From the NCBI GenBank assembly GCA_035510735.1, contig DATKGN010000013.1, forward strand, positions 596-64,595: DNA of 64,000 bases. The letters are read 5' to 3'. Positions 28,782 to 38,974 of this stretch are shown here, piece after piece. Source of the DNA: Patescibacteria group bacterium. Lineage in GTDB: Bacteria > Patescibacteriota > Microgenomatia > UBA10105 > UBA927. The notes beneath the pieces are model-generated. The model searched no databases, was not told where the DNA came from, and saw only the letters and a list, made by a program, of their open reading frames with translations. How positions within the stretch are numbered: the first letter of the stretch is position 1; each line of letters opens with the position of its first letter. Position numbers and translations under genes: made by a program.

Positions 28782-29789
28782 CTAAAGACAATAGTTTCGT
28801 ATTTCTGAATACCCATAGGCAATCAAGCCTAAAAAACATATAATTGGATGCAGAAACCATGCCGGATCTTGAACAGTTAAATATCCTTTTACACTTAAAT
28901 ACAGCGGCTGAATAAACGTTAATGAATAGATAACATAAAGGACTAAGTTCTTCTTATCTTCGCCCGAACGTGAATCATAGACAAGATATGCGCGTTTATG
29001 TTGGGCGCCGTCAAAATCCCGTTTTTTATATTCAATACGCCGCAAAAAAAATGAAAGGATGTTAGATCCGGTATAGTGAATGATTGAATTATGAACAACG
29101 CCATACGTATTGTGCCCCAACTCTAATAATTTCATAAAAGCGTCTGTATGAAGAAAATTGGGTGATTTTCCGATAACCTTATTCAATATCTTCCTTCTTA
29201 CCATATGACCGTTGTCACCAAGGGTGGGAAGACTGCGTTTATCAAAGGACACCGTCGTATATTCTTTATTTCGATTTATCAGAATACCCTTCTTATATGT
29301 TGTTTCAAAAAGAGGCAATTTTTCCGACTTATTTAGATAGTAGACAACTGGATCATTTATCCCGAATAAAGAGCAGTACTTCGTAAAAGCGGGCATTGAA
29401 GGATCATATGCATTATGCATACTAAATGTACCTACAACCTTCTTGTTATTGAGAAAGGGTAAAACCATCTGACGCAACCAGTGTTTACCTATCATGATAT
29501 TATCGGGTTCTAAAAATAGTATTATTTCATTTTTTGCTTTTGACAGTGCCATTTTCATCCGTTTAAGGGGGTTATCTAATAGTGTTTTTTCGACGAATAC
29601 TTTAGCATTTTGTCTTCGTAGTAATTCAAGCGAACCGTTCGTAGACCCAGCATCCATTATAATATGTTCAATTTTTGAAGTGGGATAGTCCTGATCATGA
29701 AGGGCTTGCAGTGTCCTTCGCCAAATGCTTAAAGACGTATTGTAGGAAACAGTAACAATGGAAATAGAAGGATATCGCATTTGCTTCAA
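28782..29789 (-). CDS. glycosyltransferase family 2 (GT-A fold)
   Basis: Motifs include ISIVTVSYNTSLSIWRRTLQALHDQDYP and IIMDAGSTNGS. Confidence 0.7.
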   Translation of the reverse strand: MKQMRYPSISIVTVSYNTSLSIWRRTLQALHDQDYPTSKIEHIIMDAGSTNGSLELLRRQNAKVFVEKTLLDNPLKRMKMALSKAKNEIILFLEPDNIMIGKHWLRQMVLPFLNNKKVVGTFSMHNAYDPSMPAFTKYCSLFGINDPVVYYLNKSEKLPLFETTYKKGILINRNKEYTTVSFDKRSLPTLGDNGHMVRRKILNKVIGKSPNFLHTDAFMKLLELGHNTYGVVHNSIIHYTGSNILSFFLRRIEYKKRDFDGAQHKRAYLVYDSRSGEDKKNLVLYVIYSLTFIQPLYLSVKGYLTVQDPAWFLHPIICFLGLIAYGYSEIRNYCL

Positions 29790-30409
29790 ATAGTATTCAC
29801 CTTCTTCGCCAACAAAAACATGCCGTTGTTAACTGGGTAAAACCGACCATATCTGCCGAAAATTTTTGGCTCAAAGCCGAAACGCTTAACAATTGAGGTT
29901 AGCGTATTTCTAGTATAGAAGCGAATGTGCGCAGTCGTCGGGGTAAAAACCGTCTCGAAACCAATGAGTGCAATTATTAAATTTTTAATCAATCCATGAT
30001 ATGGAGTTGAGAGGAGAAGAGTTCCGTCTTTCGTGAGTAGCCGGTTAAATTCCTCAAACATTCTTTCCGTATCATAAACATGCTCAATAACATCCAGGGA
30101 TACTATGAAATCACAGCTATGAGCCGGCAGGGAAACATGCTGTTCATCATCTATCACTAATATCTTTGCCTTTGGAACGGTCTTCCCCGCAACTCTTATT
30201 GCCTCCTCTGAAATATCAGCACCATACAGGACAGCTGACGGGTTCATTTTTGAAATTAATGAAAGAATTTTGCCCTTACCACAGCCATAATCCAATATTG
30301 TCAATTTTGATTTTCGCGGAATTAAAGATATCAGGCTGGACCACTTATATGTAAAATCTTCTAACTCTGCTGGCTTTCTACGCCAATACCGTTCGTAATA
30401 TTTTTGCAT
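29786..30409 (-). CDS. class I SAM-dependent methyltransferase
   Basis: Motifs include ILDYGCGKGKILSL, LYGADISEEAI and FIVSLDVIEHVYD...LTKDGTLLLSTP. Confidence 0.75.
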   Translation of the reverse strand: MQKYYERYWRRKPAELEDFTYKWSSLISLIPRKSKLTILDYGCGKGKILSLISKMNPSAVLYGADISEEAIRVAGKTVPKAKILVIDDEQHVSLPAHSCDFIVSLDVIEHVYDTERMFEEFNRLLTKDGTLLLSTPYHGLIKNLIIALIGFETVFTPTTAHIRFYTRNTLTSIVKRFGFEPKIFGRYGRFYPVNNGMFLLAKKVNTI

Positions 30410-30508
30410 AATTCTCTACGCCTACAAAATACGATTTAATATCAAGCGTAATTATATATGAGGCCACTATGATAAGATATGTAGCATTATACAAATACGG
30501 AAGGAACA
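30410..30508. promoter_or_regulatory. divergent intergenic region (99 nt) presumed to carry promoters for the minus-strand methyltransferase/GT2 genes and the lone plus-strand GT gene
   Basis: It is the only sizeable divergent gap in the cluster. It is AT-rich, with TATA-like hexamers (gtaattatatat, cattatac) and a GGAAGG Shine-Dalgarno 7 nt before the ATG at 30509. Confidence 0.3.
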
Positions 30509-31657
30509 ATGAAACTCCCTAAAAGTATTCTCTATATTAATTTTGCCCCATATGACAACGCCGGCATGATACGCGATTATCTTATTGATCGATATTATTA
30601 CGTCTTTCACTTTTCTTTTAACTTCCACTACTTACAAGGATCCGAAAACAGCAGCTCACTTACTGTCTATAAAAAAGGCAAAAAAACTTCTAAATCATTA
30701 ATATTCCAAATATTGCCCCATCCAAAACTCACTTTCGTAATGCTACCGATACGATCCGTCGTATTTCTCATTGAAATTATTATTTATACGTATGTACTTA
30801 AAAAAAAATATGGAGAAGTTGATGATTACTTTACAGTAAATGCGTTTACGGCCTGGTGTGGATTAATTCTTAAAAAACTGAGACTCGTAAAAAGAACTAT
30901 TTTTTGGGTTTGGGACTATTACCCCCCTAAGCACAAAAGCCGAACGATCACCCTGATGCGCTGGGCATATTGGCAATTTGACAAACTTGCAACGCACTCG
31001 GATAAACTCATCTTCCTAAATCATAAACTTGAGGATTTGCGCAAAAAGATAAGGATAATTCCGTTTGGTCGTAATTATCCAATTATAGGGATTGGCACAA
31101 ACGTTTTAAAATGTAGACATCAACATAAAAATGTCTCCCTACTGTTTATTGGCGTGTTAAAACGAAGCCAAGGACTTGATTTGCTCATCGATAATTCCCA
31201 CGTCATAAAAAAACATTTTCGTGATATTGAAGTTCATATTGTAGGTAGTGGACCGGATGAAAATTACTATAAAACAAAGGCATTAGGAGCTGCGATCCCA
31301 TTTATATTTCATGGTCTTATGGACCTGTATTCCAAAAAGGCTATGGAAATTATCAAAAACACAAACATCGGTATCGCCCCTTATAAACCTGAACCTGGAA
31401 ACGTTTCTTACTATGGAGATCCGTCAAAAATTAAAAATTACCTAAGCTTTGGATTGCCCGTTATTACAACCAATGTGTTTGAATTTTCTGAAATAATCCG
31501 GACAAGCGGAGCCGGAGAAATTATTCCGTACAAATTAGAACCTTTTCTTAATAGTATTCAAAAAATTATATCAAATTATGGACAATATTCTGTTCTCGCG
31601 AGGAGTCTGGCTCAAAAATACTATTATGCTAAATACTATGACAAAATGTTTGCTTAA
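30509..31657 (+). CDS. glycosyltransferase, GT-B fold (divergent GT4-like), paralog of the 40659..41774 product
   Basis: The C-terminal segment IGIAPYKPEPGNVSYYGDPSKIKNYLSFGLPVITTNVFEFSEIIRTSGAGEII aligns by eye with VGLSIYKGASPWTWWGDSMKTREYLACGIPVIMTNACSTADDIRQKNVGFIV of the 40659..41774 protein. The N-terminal half is Rossmann-like. Confidence 0.55.
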   Translation: MKLPKSILYINFAPYDNAGMIRDYLIDRYYYVFHFSFNFHYLQGSENSSSLTVYKKGKKTSKSLIFQILPHPKLTFVMLPIRSVVFLIEIIIYTYVLKKKYGEVDDYFTVNAFTAWCGLILKKLRLVKRTIFWVWDYYPPKHKSRTITLMRWAYWQFDKLATHSDKLIFLNHKLEDLRKKIRIIPFGRNYPIIGIGTNVLKCRHQHKNVSLLFIGVLKRSQGLDLLIDNSHVIKKHFRDIEVHIVGSGPDENYYKTKALGAAIPFIFHGLMDLYSKKAMEIIKNTNIGIAPYKPEPGNVSYYGDPSKIKNYLSFGLPVITTNVFEFSEIIRTSGAGEIIPYKLEPFLNSIQKIISNYGQYSVLARSLAQKYYYAKYYDKMFA

Positions 31658-31686
31658 GACAACACACAAGCGGCAAGTGTTCAGTA

Positions 31687-32736
31687 TTACTTCGGCGGAT
31701 GAGTGATATCCTCAATAATTCGGTCTATCGAATACTCAAAATCCCATCGGGGATAATCCCTTTTAAATTTTGATACGTCTGATATATACCAGATATGATC
31801 TCCTTTACGCGGTAGACTCGCGTATTTCAATTTGGCTTTTTTACCCAGAATTACCTCAATTTTTGCTACGGCTTCCTTTATAGAAATATTTGAAAACCGA
31901 GAGCCTCCGATGTTGTACACTTCACCTTTTTTGGGTTTCTTATACACTTCAAAAAAAGCCCTGATTAAATCGTGTGAATGAATGTTATCCCTGACTTGTT
32001 TGCCCTTATACCCGATGACTGTATATGGGATCCCTTCACGGATACATTTAATCAGATATGCCAAAAAACCATGCAGCTTTGCTGCAGAGTGGTTTGGACC
32101 GGTAAGACAGCCTCCTCGAAATACAACGGTATTCATACCGAAATATTTACCGTATTCCTGAACCATCAGGTCCGCTGAACATTTGGATACGCCAAAAATA
32201 CTGTGTGTTGTCTGATCTAGACTCATCGTTTCATCAATGCCATTGTAGTACTTGTGGTTTTTTGGTAATTCAAAACGTTTTTCGAGCTCGACTAAAGGCA
32301 ATTTGTTGGGATTGTCGCCATATACCTTATTTGTCGAGGTAAAAATAAATACTGCATCTTTTGCATATTTTCTTGTCGATTCAAGAAGTAAAAGTGTTGC
32401 AACGGCATTGATGGAAAAATCCGTCAACGGCTCTCTTGCTGCCCAATCATGAGAAGGTTGGGCAGCGGCATGGATAATCATGTCAAAATGTACGGATTTG
32501 AAAAGGTCGGTAGTTTTACGCTCGTCACGAACATCAAAATTATGGTGATGATATAAAGAAAACGATTTCTCAAGCCTCTTTCGGTTCCATGTCGTATCAC
32601 CGTCAACCCCAAAAAAATATGAACGCAAGTTATTATCAATACCGTGTACCTCAAATCCCTTATCAACAAAATAGCTGACTGCTTCTGATCCAATTAAGCC
32701 GGCAGAGCCCGTAATTAATATTTTCTTATGTTTCAT
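31687..32736 (-). CDS. NAD-dependent epimerase/dehydratase (extended SDR), CDP-paratose 2-epimerase-like
   Basis: Motifs include [17 protein letters not shown] and the YxxxK in VSKCSADLM. The N-terminal architecture ...[12 protein letters not shown]...TWN resembles the tyvelose/paratose epimerase subgroup. Confidence 0.65.
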   Translation of the reverse strand: MKHKKILITGSAGLIGSEAVSYFVDKGFEVHGIDNNLRSYFFGVDGDTTWNRKRLEKSFSLYHHHNFDVRDERKTTDLFKSVHFDMIIHAAAQPSHDWAAREPLTDFSINAVATLLLLESTRKYAKDAVFIFTSTNKVYGDNPNKLPLVELEKRFELPKNHKYYNGIDETMSLDQTTHSIFGVSKCSADLMVQEYGKYFGMNTVVFRGGCLTGPNHSAAKLHGFLAYLIKCIREGIPYTVIGYKGKQVRDNIHSHDLIRAFFEVYKKPKKGEVYNIGGSRFSNISIKEAVAKIEVILGKKAKLKYASLPRKGDHIWYISDVSKFKRDYPRWDFEYSIDRIIEDITHPPK

Positions 32737-32756
32737 GCAACTATTTATGATAATAG

Positions 32757-34493
32757 CTATTGGCTAAATTGTTTTAGAGCGTCTTCTTTAAAGGATTTTG
32801 TTATATTCGTAAAAGTACTATCCCGGGTACTATAGTTCAAAGCAACAACCTGATCTATTGATATAGTGTTATTTTTAATAAGTTCTAACAACTGATTTTT
32901 GTCCCAAAAATATCCAAATCCTTTTCCCTCACTTTCCTTATAGCCCTGACTTGCCATTGTTTCTAAAAATACTTGATTAATCAAACTTTTAGGAATTTTT
33001 CCCTGATCGTAATAAAGGGTCATAATGACGTAGCCGGGGCCCAATTCTAACGGAACTTTTTGATTAAAATGCCCATAATTTCCTTCACCCCCAATATATA
33101 TAACTGGCTTATCCGGTAACGTTGGCACCATGCGAGTAAGTTGTGAAACCACATTTTTTGTATTATTCCCACGTATAACGTTCGCATAAACTTCCCGCCG
33201 GATTATAGAAATTTGTTTCACAAAAAATAGACATAGAAATAATACTGCACATATTATAAGGATCACTTTCTCGATTTTACGTTTCGTAAAGACTTGAATG
33301 AATTGAAAAAGCGAATAAAAAATGGAGCCGAAGATAATTGAGGCGGGAACCGCGATAGCGTACAGATATCTTGACTCCATATATGACGCATTCTTCCATG
33401 GAAGAAATGCAGCAATCGGCATAAAATTCAAAATATATAAGACACCGAGCACAAGAGCGGTTTTACGCTTTATAACCCCTCTGAAAAGAGAATAGGCAAA
33501 TAGAAATATCAAAACGAACGATAAAATAACAGCGATAAAATCCGATGCCATTAAGTCATACACTACATTCGGATCAGTAACATACACCATCGTAACTGGA
33601 TAATTAATTCTTACAAACCACGGAACTATTTTATACATAAACCTGTAGGGTATAAGGAATTGAGACAAAGAGGCCAATGGATACATAATGATGTTATTGG
33701 AAAAATGCATCCAGAGGGGAATTTTTACGATTGCAACTGCATTAATACCCGGACTACCATAATAACCAATAACTCTACTAACCGCCGTCACAATCATGAT
33801 GATTGCCTGACATATATGGAGTTTTACAAAAGTGATCAGTTTCCGTTTTCCGGAATAGAATATGACAAATAAAATCGGCAGTAATATAAATGTATACATT
33901 GTCGAATCTTTGAATAGAAATGCAGTATAAGCGCACAACCAGGAGACAATAAATTGATAGCCTTTCTCAGTACGCATATATTCGATAAAAATATTTAGGG
34001 ACAATAAAACGAAAAATGTCGAAATCAGAACTTGCACAGGGTTGGTAAGTTCTGAAAGTGCTTGATGTGATACGCTGCATGTCAAAAAGAATCCCCACGA
34101 AATGAGAGATATCCAAGTATTGGAAGTTAATTTTTTCGATATTTTATATACTAATAAGGAATTTATCGGATGGAAAATGAATGCGATTATGGCAAAAGGC
34201 CATGGGTTTAAGGGAAAATAACGGAAGAATATATTGTTTATAACAGTTCCAAACACCCTCCCGTTCCCCATGAGTATATCCAAAAGGCTAAACGATTGGA
34301 GTGATGCATATAATCCGTTAACCTTAACTATCCCGAGTTGCGCCCATTCGTCATTTAAATAATACAGCTTCGAAATATTCCAATAGGAAAATAATGTGAC
34401 AAATAATGACACTGTCGTAATAATGATATCCTGTGGAATCCTTGCAAGAAAAGAAAATAATTTTCTAAATTGTTTTTGTTTCATAATAGACAA
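32757..34493 (-). CDS. GT-C-like polytopic membrane protein, family A (paralog 1 of 3), with a C-terminal extracytoplasmic domain
   Basis: The product is 578 aa. The first loop has an acidic motif YYLNDEW. There are about 11-13 TM helices. The C-terminal soluble domain carries the family signature [43 protein letters not shown]. Confidence 0.6.
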   Translation of the reverse strand: MSIMKQKQFRKLFSFLARIPQDIIITTVSLFVTLFSYWNISKLYYLNDEWAQLGIVKVNGLYASLQSFSLLDILMGNGRVFGTVINNIFFRYFPLNPWPFAIIAFIFHPINSLLVYKISKKLTSNTWISLISWGFFLTCSVSHQALSELTNPVQVLISTFFVLLSLNIFIEYMRTEKGYQFIVSWLCAYTAFLFKDSTMYTFILLPILFVIFYSGKRKLITFVKLHICQAIIMIVTAVSRVIGYYGSPGINAVAIVKIPLWMHFSNNIIMYPLASLSQFLIPYRFMYKIVPWFVRINYPVTMVYVTDPNVVYDLMASDFIAVILSFVLIFLFAYSLFRGVIKRKTALVLGVLYILNFMPIAAFLPWKNASYMESRYLYAIAVPASIIFGSIFYSLFQFIQVFTKRKIEKVILIICAVLFLCLFFVKQISIIRREVYANVIRGNNTKNVVSQLTRMVPTLPDKPVIYIGGEGNYGHFNQKVPLELGPGYVIMTLYYDQGKIPKSLINQVFLETMASQGYKESEGKGFGYFWDKNQLLELIKNNTISIDQVVALNYSTRDSTFTNITKSFKEDALKQFSQ

Positions 34494-34498
34494 AGTCT

Positions 34499-36238
34499 TC
34501 AGTATTCACGTAATGAATCTTTTAGAAACAATTGAACCTCTTGAGTGTCATCTTTAAGTGTTCCGGTTGCGCCATCATAATAAAATCCGACGACCTGATT
34601 TATCGAAAGTTTTGGATTACTTTTCAATAACTCTATCAAATGTGATTCTTGCGTATAAAATCCATAGGCTTTATTACCTACTAGCCGATATCCCTCTCCA
34701 TGATCAAAATGATACGGTTCTAAAATGAGCTCTCCCGGTATTTTACCTGTTTTATAGTAGCGAACCATAAGTGCATATCCGGGATTAAGTAATACAGGAA
34801 TAAATTGATCAACTTCCCCAAAATATGTATTATTACCCGTTAATAAAATAATGGGCTTGTCCGGCAAGTTCGGCCTTATTGCAATAAATTGGTCCATGGC
34901 GGTTTTCATCGGCTGATTATACTCAACTCCTGCTATAACATCACGCTTCATCACAACGGCCTGTTTATATATATACCCGCATCCGACAAAACAAATAATT
35001 AAAAATGCTATAAATTCAAATCGAACAATGCTTTTCATGAGATTCTTTATACCGATGAGTAATAATGAGAAAAAGATAGCTCCGCTGGGCAACAATACAT
35101 AATAATATCGGGATTCAAAATACGCTTTACCTTTCGGCGCGTCATAAAGGGCCAAAGGTACATGCTGTAAAAAATAGTACAAAACAGCGAAGAATAAGAG
35201 TGTACGGTATTTTTTTATAGGAAGCACAAGAAAATATATAGCTACAATAAGCACGACGGTTATCATAAATGATAAATAGTCGGCGATGATGTAGTAATTC
35301 AGGACGGTTTCCCCGACATCCGAAAATACTTTCGGTATAAATTGATACTGGAAATGGTAAAAAAATATCGACAGTTTAATCATGTAATCATACGGTATAT
35401 AAAAATGGGCAAGACTTGTCAGTGGGTAGTAAATCAAATGAAATGCGATTCTTGCTATAGATGGATGGGTTTGCTGTGCAAATGTCGGATGTCCGTGAAT
35501 CACATAAAACGTTAATATCCGTAAAAATCCGATACCACAAAATAACAAAATAGGGATCAAATTATTTTTTACCGTTAGCAATAATTTATCCGATCGTTTT
35601 TTCCCATACATCCAATCGAACCAAAAAAACAACACAAGCACTACAATTGAAGTTTCCTTGAAATAGTATGCAAGTAATAAACAAATCCAACTCGACACTT
35701 TCAAACTAGTATTAACCGGACGCTTATAGTCAAAACGGATAAGATAAAGCCATATCGCAAGCAAAGAAAAAAATAACGCAAATAAACTCTCGTATGTTGC
35801 TCCAATCCACGTAAATACCTGGGAATCCACACTGCAGGTAATAAAAAATAGGCCACTGAAAAATGCCAAAAATTTTGATTTCGAAATTTTCTTCACAATG
35901 AGGTAAAGCAATATTGCATTAAGAAGATGAACAACATCAGATGCGATTGCAAACGGTAAAGCACTGAAAGGCGCTACATACAATGATATATTCGTCAGAA
36001 GCAGCGCTAAAAAACGGGCTTTCCCCGAAATTATTTCCATCGGAGTTAACAGTTTCAATTCACCTAACGGACCATAAATATAAACAGCACCAAGCAATTT
36101 CCATTCGTCAAAAACATAATAGAGATTCGGCAACAGTCTGAACATGAAGCGGATAAGAAGGAGCGCAGCCGAAATAAAAATAAGTCCGTATTTGTGTGAC
36201 CAGCAAAACGCACGAATGCGCCTGATAATTTTATTCAT
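34499..36238 (-). CDS. GT-C-like polytopic membrane protein, family A (paralog 2 of 3)
   Basis: The product is 579 aa. It has the first-loop motif YYVFDEW and the C-terminal signature LPDKPIILLTGNNTYFGEVDQFIPVLLNPGYALMVRYYKTGKIP. Confidence 0.6.
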   Translation of the reverse strand: MNKIIRRIRAFCWSHKYGLIFISAALLLIRFMFRLLPNLYYVFDEWKLLGAVYIYGPLGELKLLTPMEIISGKARFLALLLTNISLYVAPFSALPFAIASDVVHLLNAILLYLIVKKISKSKFLAFFSGLFFITCSVDSQVFTWIGATYESLFALFFSLLAIWLYLIRFDYKRPVNTSLKVSSWICLLLAYYFKETSIVVLVLFFWFDWMYGKKRSDKLLLTVKNNLIPILLFCGIGFLRILTFYVIHGHPTFAQQTHPSIARIAFHLIYYPLTSLAHFYIPYDYMIKLSIFFYHFQYQFIPKVFSDVGETVLNYYIIADYLSFMITVVLIVAIYFLVLPIKKYRTLLFFAVLYYFLQHVPLALYDAPKGKAYFESRYYYVLLPSGAIFFSLLLIGIKNLMKSIVRFEFIAFLIICFVGCGYIYKQAVVMKRDVIAGVEYNQPMKTAMDQFIAIRPNLPDKPIILLTGNNTYFGEVDQFIPVLLNPGYALMVRYYKTGKIPGELILEPYHFDHGEGYRLVGNKAYGFYTQESHLIELLKSNPKLSINQVVGFYYDGATGTLKDDTQEVQLFLKDSLREY

Positions 36239-36247
36239 TCGTTTCCT

Positions 36248-36991
36248 CTACCGTTTTACGGCAATAATTCCAATATCTCTTGATAAAGACGTTTTGAGTG
36301 ATGCAAGACAGTCAATCGCATCATACATCGCTTTTAATACTTTTGGTAAATTCCAGGATAACGGCAATCCAAAGGACTCTTCAATCGTAAAACCGGACGC
36401 CTCGATCAAATCGGTAAGTGCAGGGAGATTAAAAACCCGTACATGACCCATCGCCTCCGGCTCACGCATAAGGTTTCGAAGAATTCTCGTACCGTACACT
36501 TTTGAAATATCGCTGACTTCCAAAAATAACGGATATTCCCCGAACAGAAAAAGGATCCGGTTAAACCAAAAGGATAAATTCGGCGTGATGATAACCATCC
36601 GGCCGCCCTTCTTTAATACCCGCTTTGATTCGCCAAGAAGAACATCTGTTTTTACAATATGTTCGATGAGCTGATCTGAAATCACCAGATCGAATGTGTT
36701 GTTTTCGAAAGGAACCGTTTTATTGAGATCAGCTTTCTTGACGATGATTCCGTGAGCACGGGCAGTTTTTATACCGCTGTCTGATACTTCAATGCCATAG
36801 ACCGTCGCTCCGCATAGTTTCGAAAGCTCATGGGAAAATCTTCCGTTGCCGCACCCCAATTCGAGGATTTTTTTCGGTTTCCATGCAAGAATATATCTCT
36901 TTAAAAAGGCGATACGCGCATCCACAAACTGCTTATTGAAATCAAAATCTTCTTCTTTATATGTATATGCTCTCCCTAATATTGTATCCAT
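36248..36991 (-). CDS. class I SAM-dependent methyltransferase
   Basis: Motifs include ILELGCGNGRFSHEL, VYGIEVSDSGI and LVISDQLIEHI...LKKGGRMVIITPN. Confidence 0.75.
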   Translation of the reverse strand: MDTILGRAYTYKEEDFDFNKQFVDARIAFLKRYILAWKPKKILELGCGNGRFSHELSKLCGATVYGIEVSDSGIKTARAHGIIVKKADLNKTVPFENNTFDLVISDQLIEHIVKTDVLLGESKRVLKKGGRMVIITPNLSFWFNRILFLFGEYPLFLEVSDISKVYGTRILRNLMREPEAMGHVRVFNLPALTDLIEASGFTIEESFGLPLSWNLPKVLKAMYDAIDCLASLKTSLSRDIGIIAVKR

Positions 36992-36996
36992 AAGCT

Positions 36997-37977
36997 CTAA
37001 ATAGTTTTTGACAATAACACCCTTCCCTCTTTGTTTGTGATAAATGATCCAATGATTACATTTGTCGTCATGATATTAAAGGGCAGCTCGTATAATCCAG
37101 CTGGATCACGGTAACGCAGTGACTTATAGAAACCGACTATGATTGACGGCATGATAGTATAACAATACATAAGCCAAAGGAATAGTTTAATAAACTCACT
37201 TCTTTTCGACCAATCTATCCACGTCCAATACCGTTTATTCGGTTGATTAAAATACATGGTTTCCAGATTTCTCTTCCTCTTACGAACAAGATTGGATAAC
37301 GTCGTTAAAAAAGGATGATGAATTCCGATATCGGGAACATATGCATATGAAGTCCTGCCGTTTTCCACCATAATGACCATCGTATCCAATTCCATATATT
37401 TTTTCATTTCGGCAACAGCCGTTGTTAGTAATTCTTTCCGTCTGTAAAGACAGAAACTCGCTGGCAGAATTTTCCCCTTCCGATATTCGGTTATCCAATA
37501 CTCTTTGTATTTTTTTGTAATACAGCTGGACGTCGAGGGCGTAAGAAAACAAAAAAGCGGATCGCGCTGGATGGGGTCAAACGTAATGTATCGGTTAAGC
37601 GGCGCATCGCCGGGCAAACTCACGAATCTGGTCCATGAACCGACGATTTCTGTATCTTTTTCAAGCGGACTAACCATTTTTTCAAACCAATGGTCACCCA
37701 CGAGACCCATATCACAGTCCAGGATCATAAAATATTTTCCCGTCGACTTCATAAGCGCTATCTTTTTCCCGTACTCTGCTTCTCTGAGTGGATTACGAAG
37801 AATAGTTACGGGGAAACGTTTCGCTATTTTGACCGTATCGTCCGTTGAACCGCCGTCAACGATAAACACTTCCAATTTTCCCTGGTATTTCTGATGAAAT
37901 ATGGAGTTCAAACAATGCTCAATATGGTCATGCTCATTGAGCGTAGGTATCGCTATGGATATTGAAGGAAACACCAT
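36997..37977 (-). CDS. glycosyltransferase family 2 (GT-A fold)
   Basis: Motifs include ISIAIPTLNEHDHIEHCLNSIFHQKY, VFIVDGGSTDDT and a DxD-like ILDCDM. Confidence 0.7.
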   Translation of the reverse strand: MVFPSISIAIPTLNEHDHIEHCLNSIFHQKYQGKLEVFIVDGGSTDDTVKIAKRFPVTILRNPLREAEYGKKIALMKSTGKYFMILDCDMGLVGDHWFEKMVSPLEKDTEIVGSWTRFVSLPGDAPLNRYITFDPIQRDPLFCFLTPSTSSCITKKYKEYWITEYRKGKILPASFCLYRRKELLTTAVAEMKKYMELDTMVIMVENGRTSYAYVPDIGIHHPFLTTLSNLVRKRKRNLETMYFNQPNKRYWTWIDWSKRSEFIKLFLWLMYCYTIMPSIIVGFYKSLRYRDPAGLYELPFNIMTTNVIIGSFITNKEGRVLLSKTI

Positions 37978-37981
37978 ATGT

Positions 37982-38974
37982 CTAGCGTACCATATGGTCC
38001 GTAAGGAGTCCGTTCAAAAAACCCCAACCGTATGCCATATGTGTCAATATGACGCCAAGAGAGGCAAGTAGCGATCCAAATACATTAGTTTTTCCCGAAA
38101 CGCTGCCGTACGCCATGGAATAAAAAATTAGGAATACTAGTCCAAAAATCAACCGGGCTGGCAGAGAGATGATGCTCATCATTACAAGTAGCCAGAACCC
38201 AATCGTCAATAACAAGGGTAAACAATAAAATAAACTTCGCGAAGTCTCCGGATATCGCTTAAAAAAATACCCACGGTGGACACCAACATTTGAAATTTGA
38301 CGGAGATATTGCGAGAATAACGGCCGGCGGTGATGATACACAACTACATCGGGATCGTAGAGCATTTTACCGTACTTCAGAAGTTTCAAACATACGAACG
38401 TGTCTTCTCCGCCATAAAACGTACTTTCCCATCCGCCGACACTTTTAAGGACATTTGTTTTAATAAATAAATTATATGCCGGCCAATCGGTCATATACTG
38501 ACGTTTTTGATGAGCATTTGTAAACCGGAATTTCAATTTTCCGCTTGTAAGGTCTGACTCATAAACAATTCCGCTTATTTGAGCCAAATATGGATCTTCA
38601 GGGGGAGTCACTCCGGGGCCACCCAGAGCAACGATAACGGGATATGTTCGAAAAAGTTCAATAGCCTGGGTTAGCCAAGTCGGATCTGGATACGCATCGT
38701 CATCTATATAGGCACATATCTCTCCCTTTGCATGGCGAAGAGCGATATCCCGTTTTTCTGCGGGACCGGTGGTATGACCTGCTTTCGTCACAATCAGCCG
38801 GATATTTTTGACTTTTGGTAACTGTATTTTTTTATCACAAATAACTAGTATTTCATAATTTGGATAGGTTAAAAGATCAAATTTCCTGAGATCCTCACTG
38901 AACCGTGCTGATACGATATACGCAGGGATGACAATGGAAACGAGCGGTTTTTTTGATAATTTCGGTATTTTCAT
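37982..38974 (-). CDS. glycosyltransferase family 2 with C-terminal TM helices
   Basis: Motifs include VSIVIPAYIVSARFSEDLRKFDLLTYPNYEILVICD and a DxD-like YIDDDAY. A hydrophobic C-terminal segment of about 80 aa with 2-3 TM follows. Confidence 0.7.
   Translation of the reverse strand: MKIPKLSKKPLVSIVIPAYIVSARFSEDLRKFDLLTYPNYEILVICDKKIQLPKVKNIRLIVTKAGHTTGPAEKRDIALRHAKGEICAYIDDDAYPDPTWLTQAIELFRTYPVIVALGGPGVTPPEDPYLAQISGIVYESDLTSGKLKFRFTNAHQKRQYMTDWPAYNLFIKTNVLKSVGGWESTFYGGEDTFVCLKLLKYGKMLYDPDVVVYHHRRPLFSQYLRQISNVGVHRGYFFKRYPETSRSLFYCLPLLLTIGFWLLVMMSIISLPARLIFGLVFLIFYSMAYGSVSGKTNVFGSLLASLGVILTHMAYGWGFLNGLLTDHMVR

Noticed and set aside
31658-31686. Possible bidirectional terminator in the 29-nt convergent gap between the plus-strand GT and the epimerase gene
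   Set aside because: Only a weak 5-bp stem (AACAC/GUGUU) with a long loop and no U-tract. It is not convincing as an intrinsic terminator. It may simply be a spacer.
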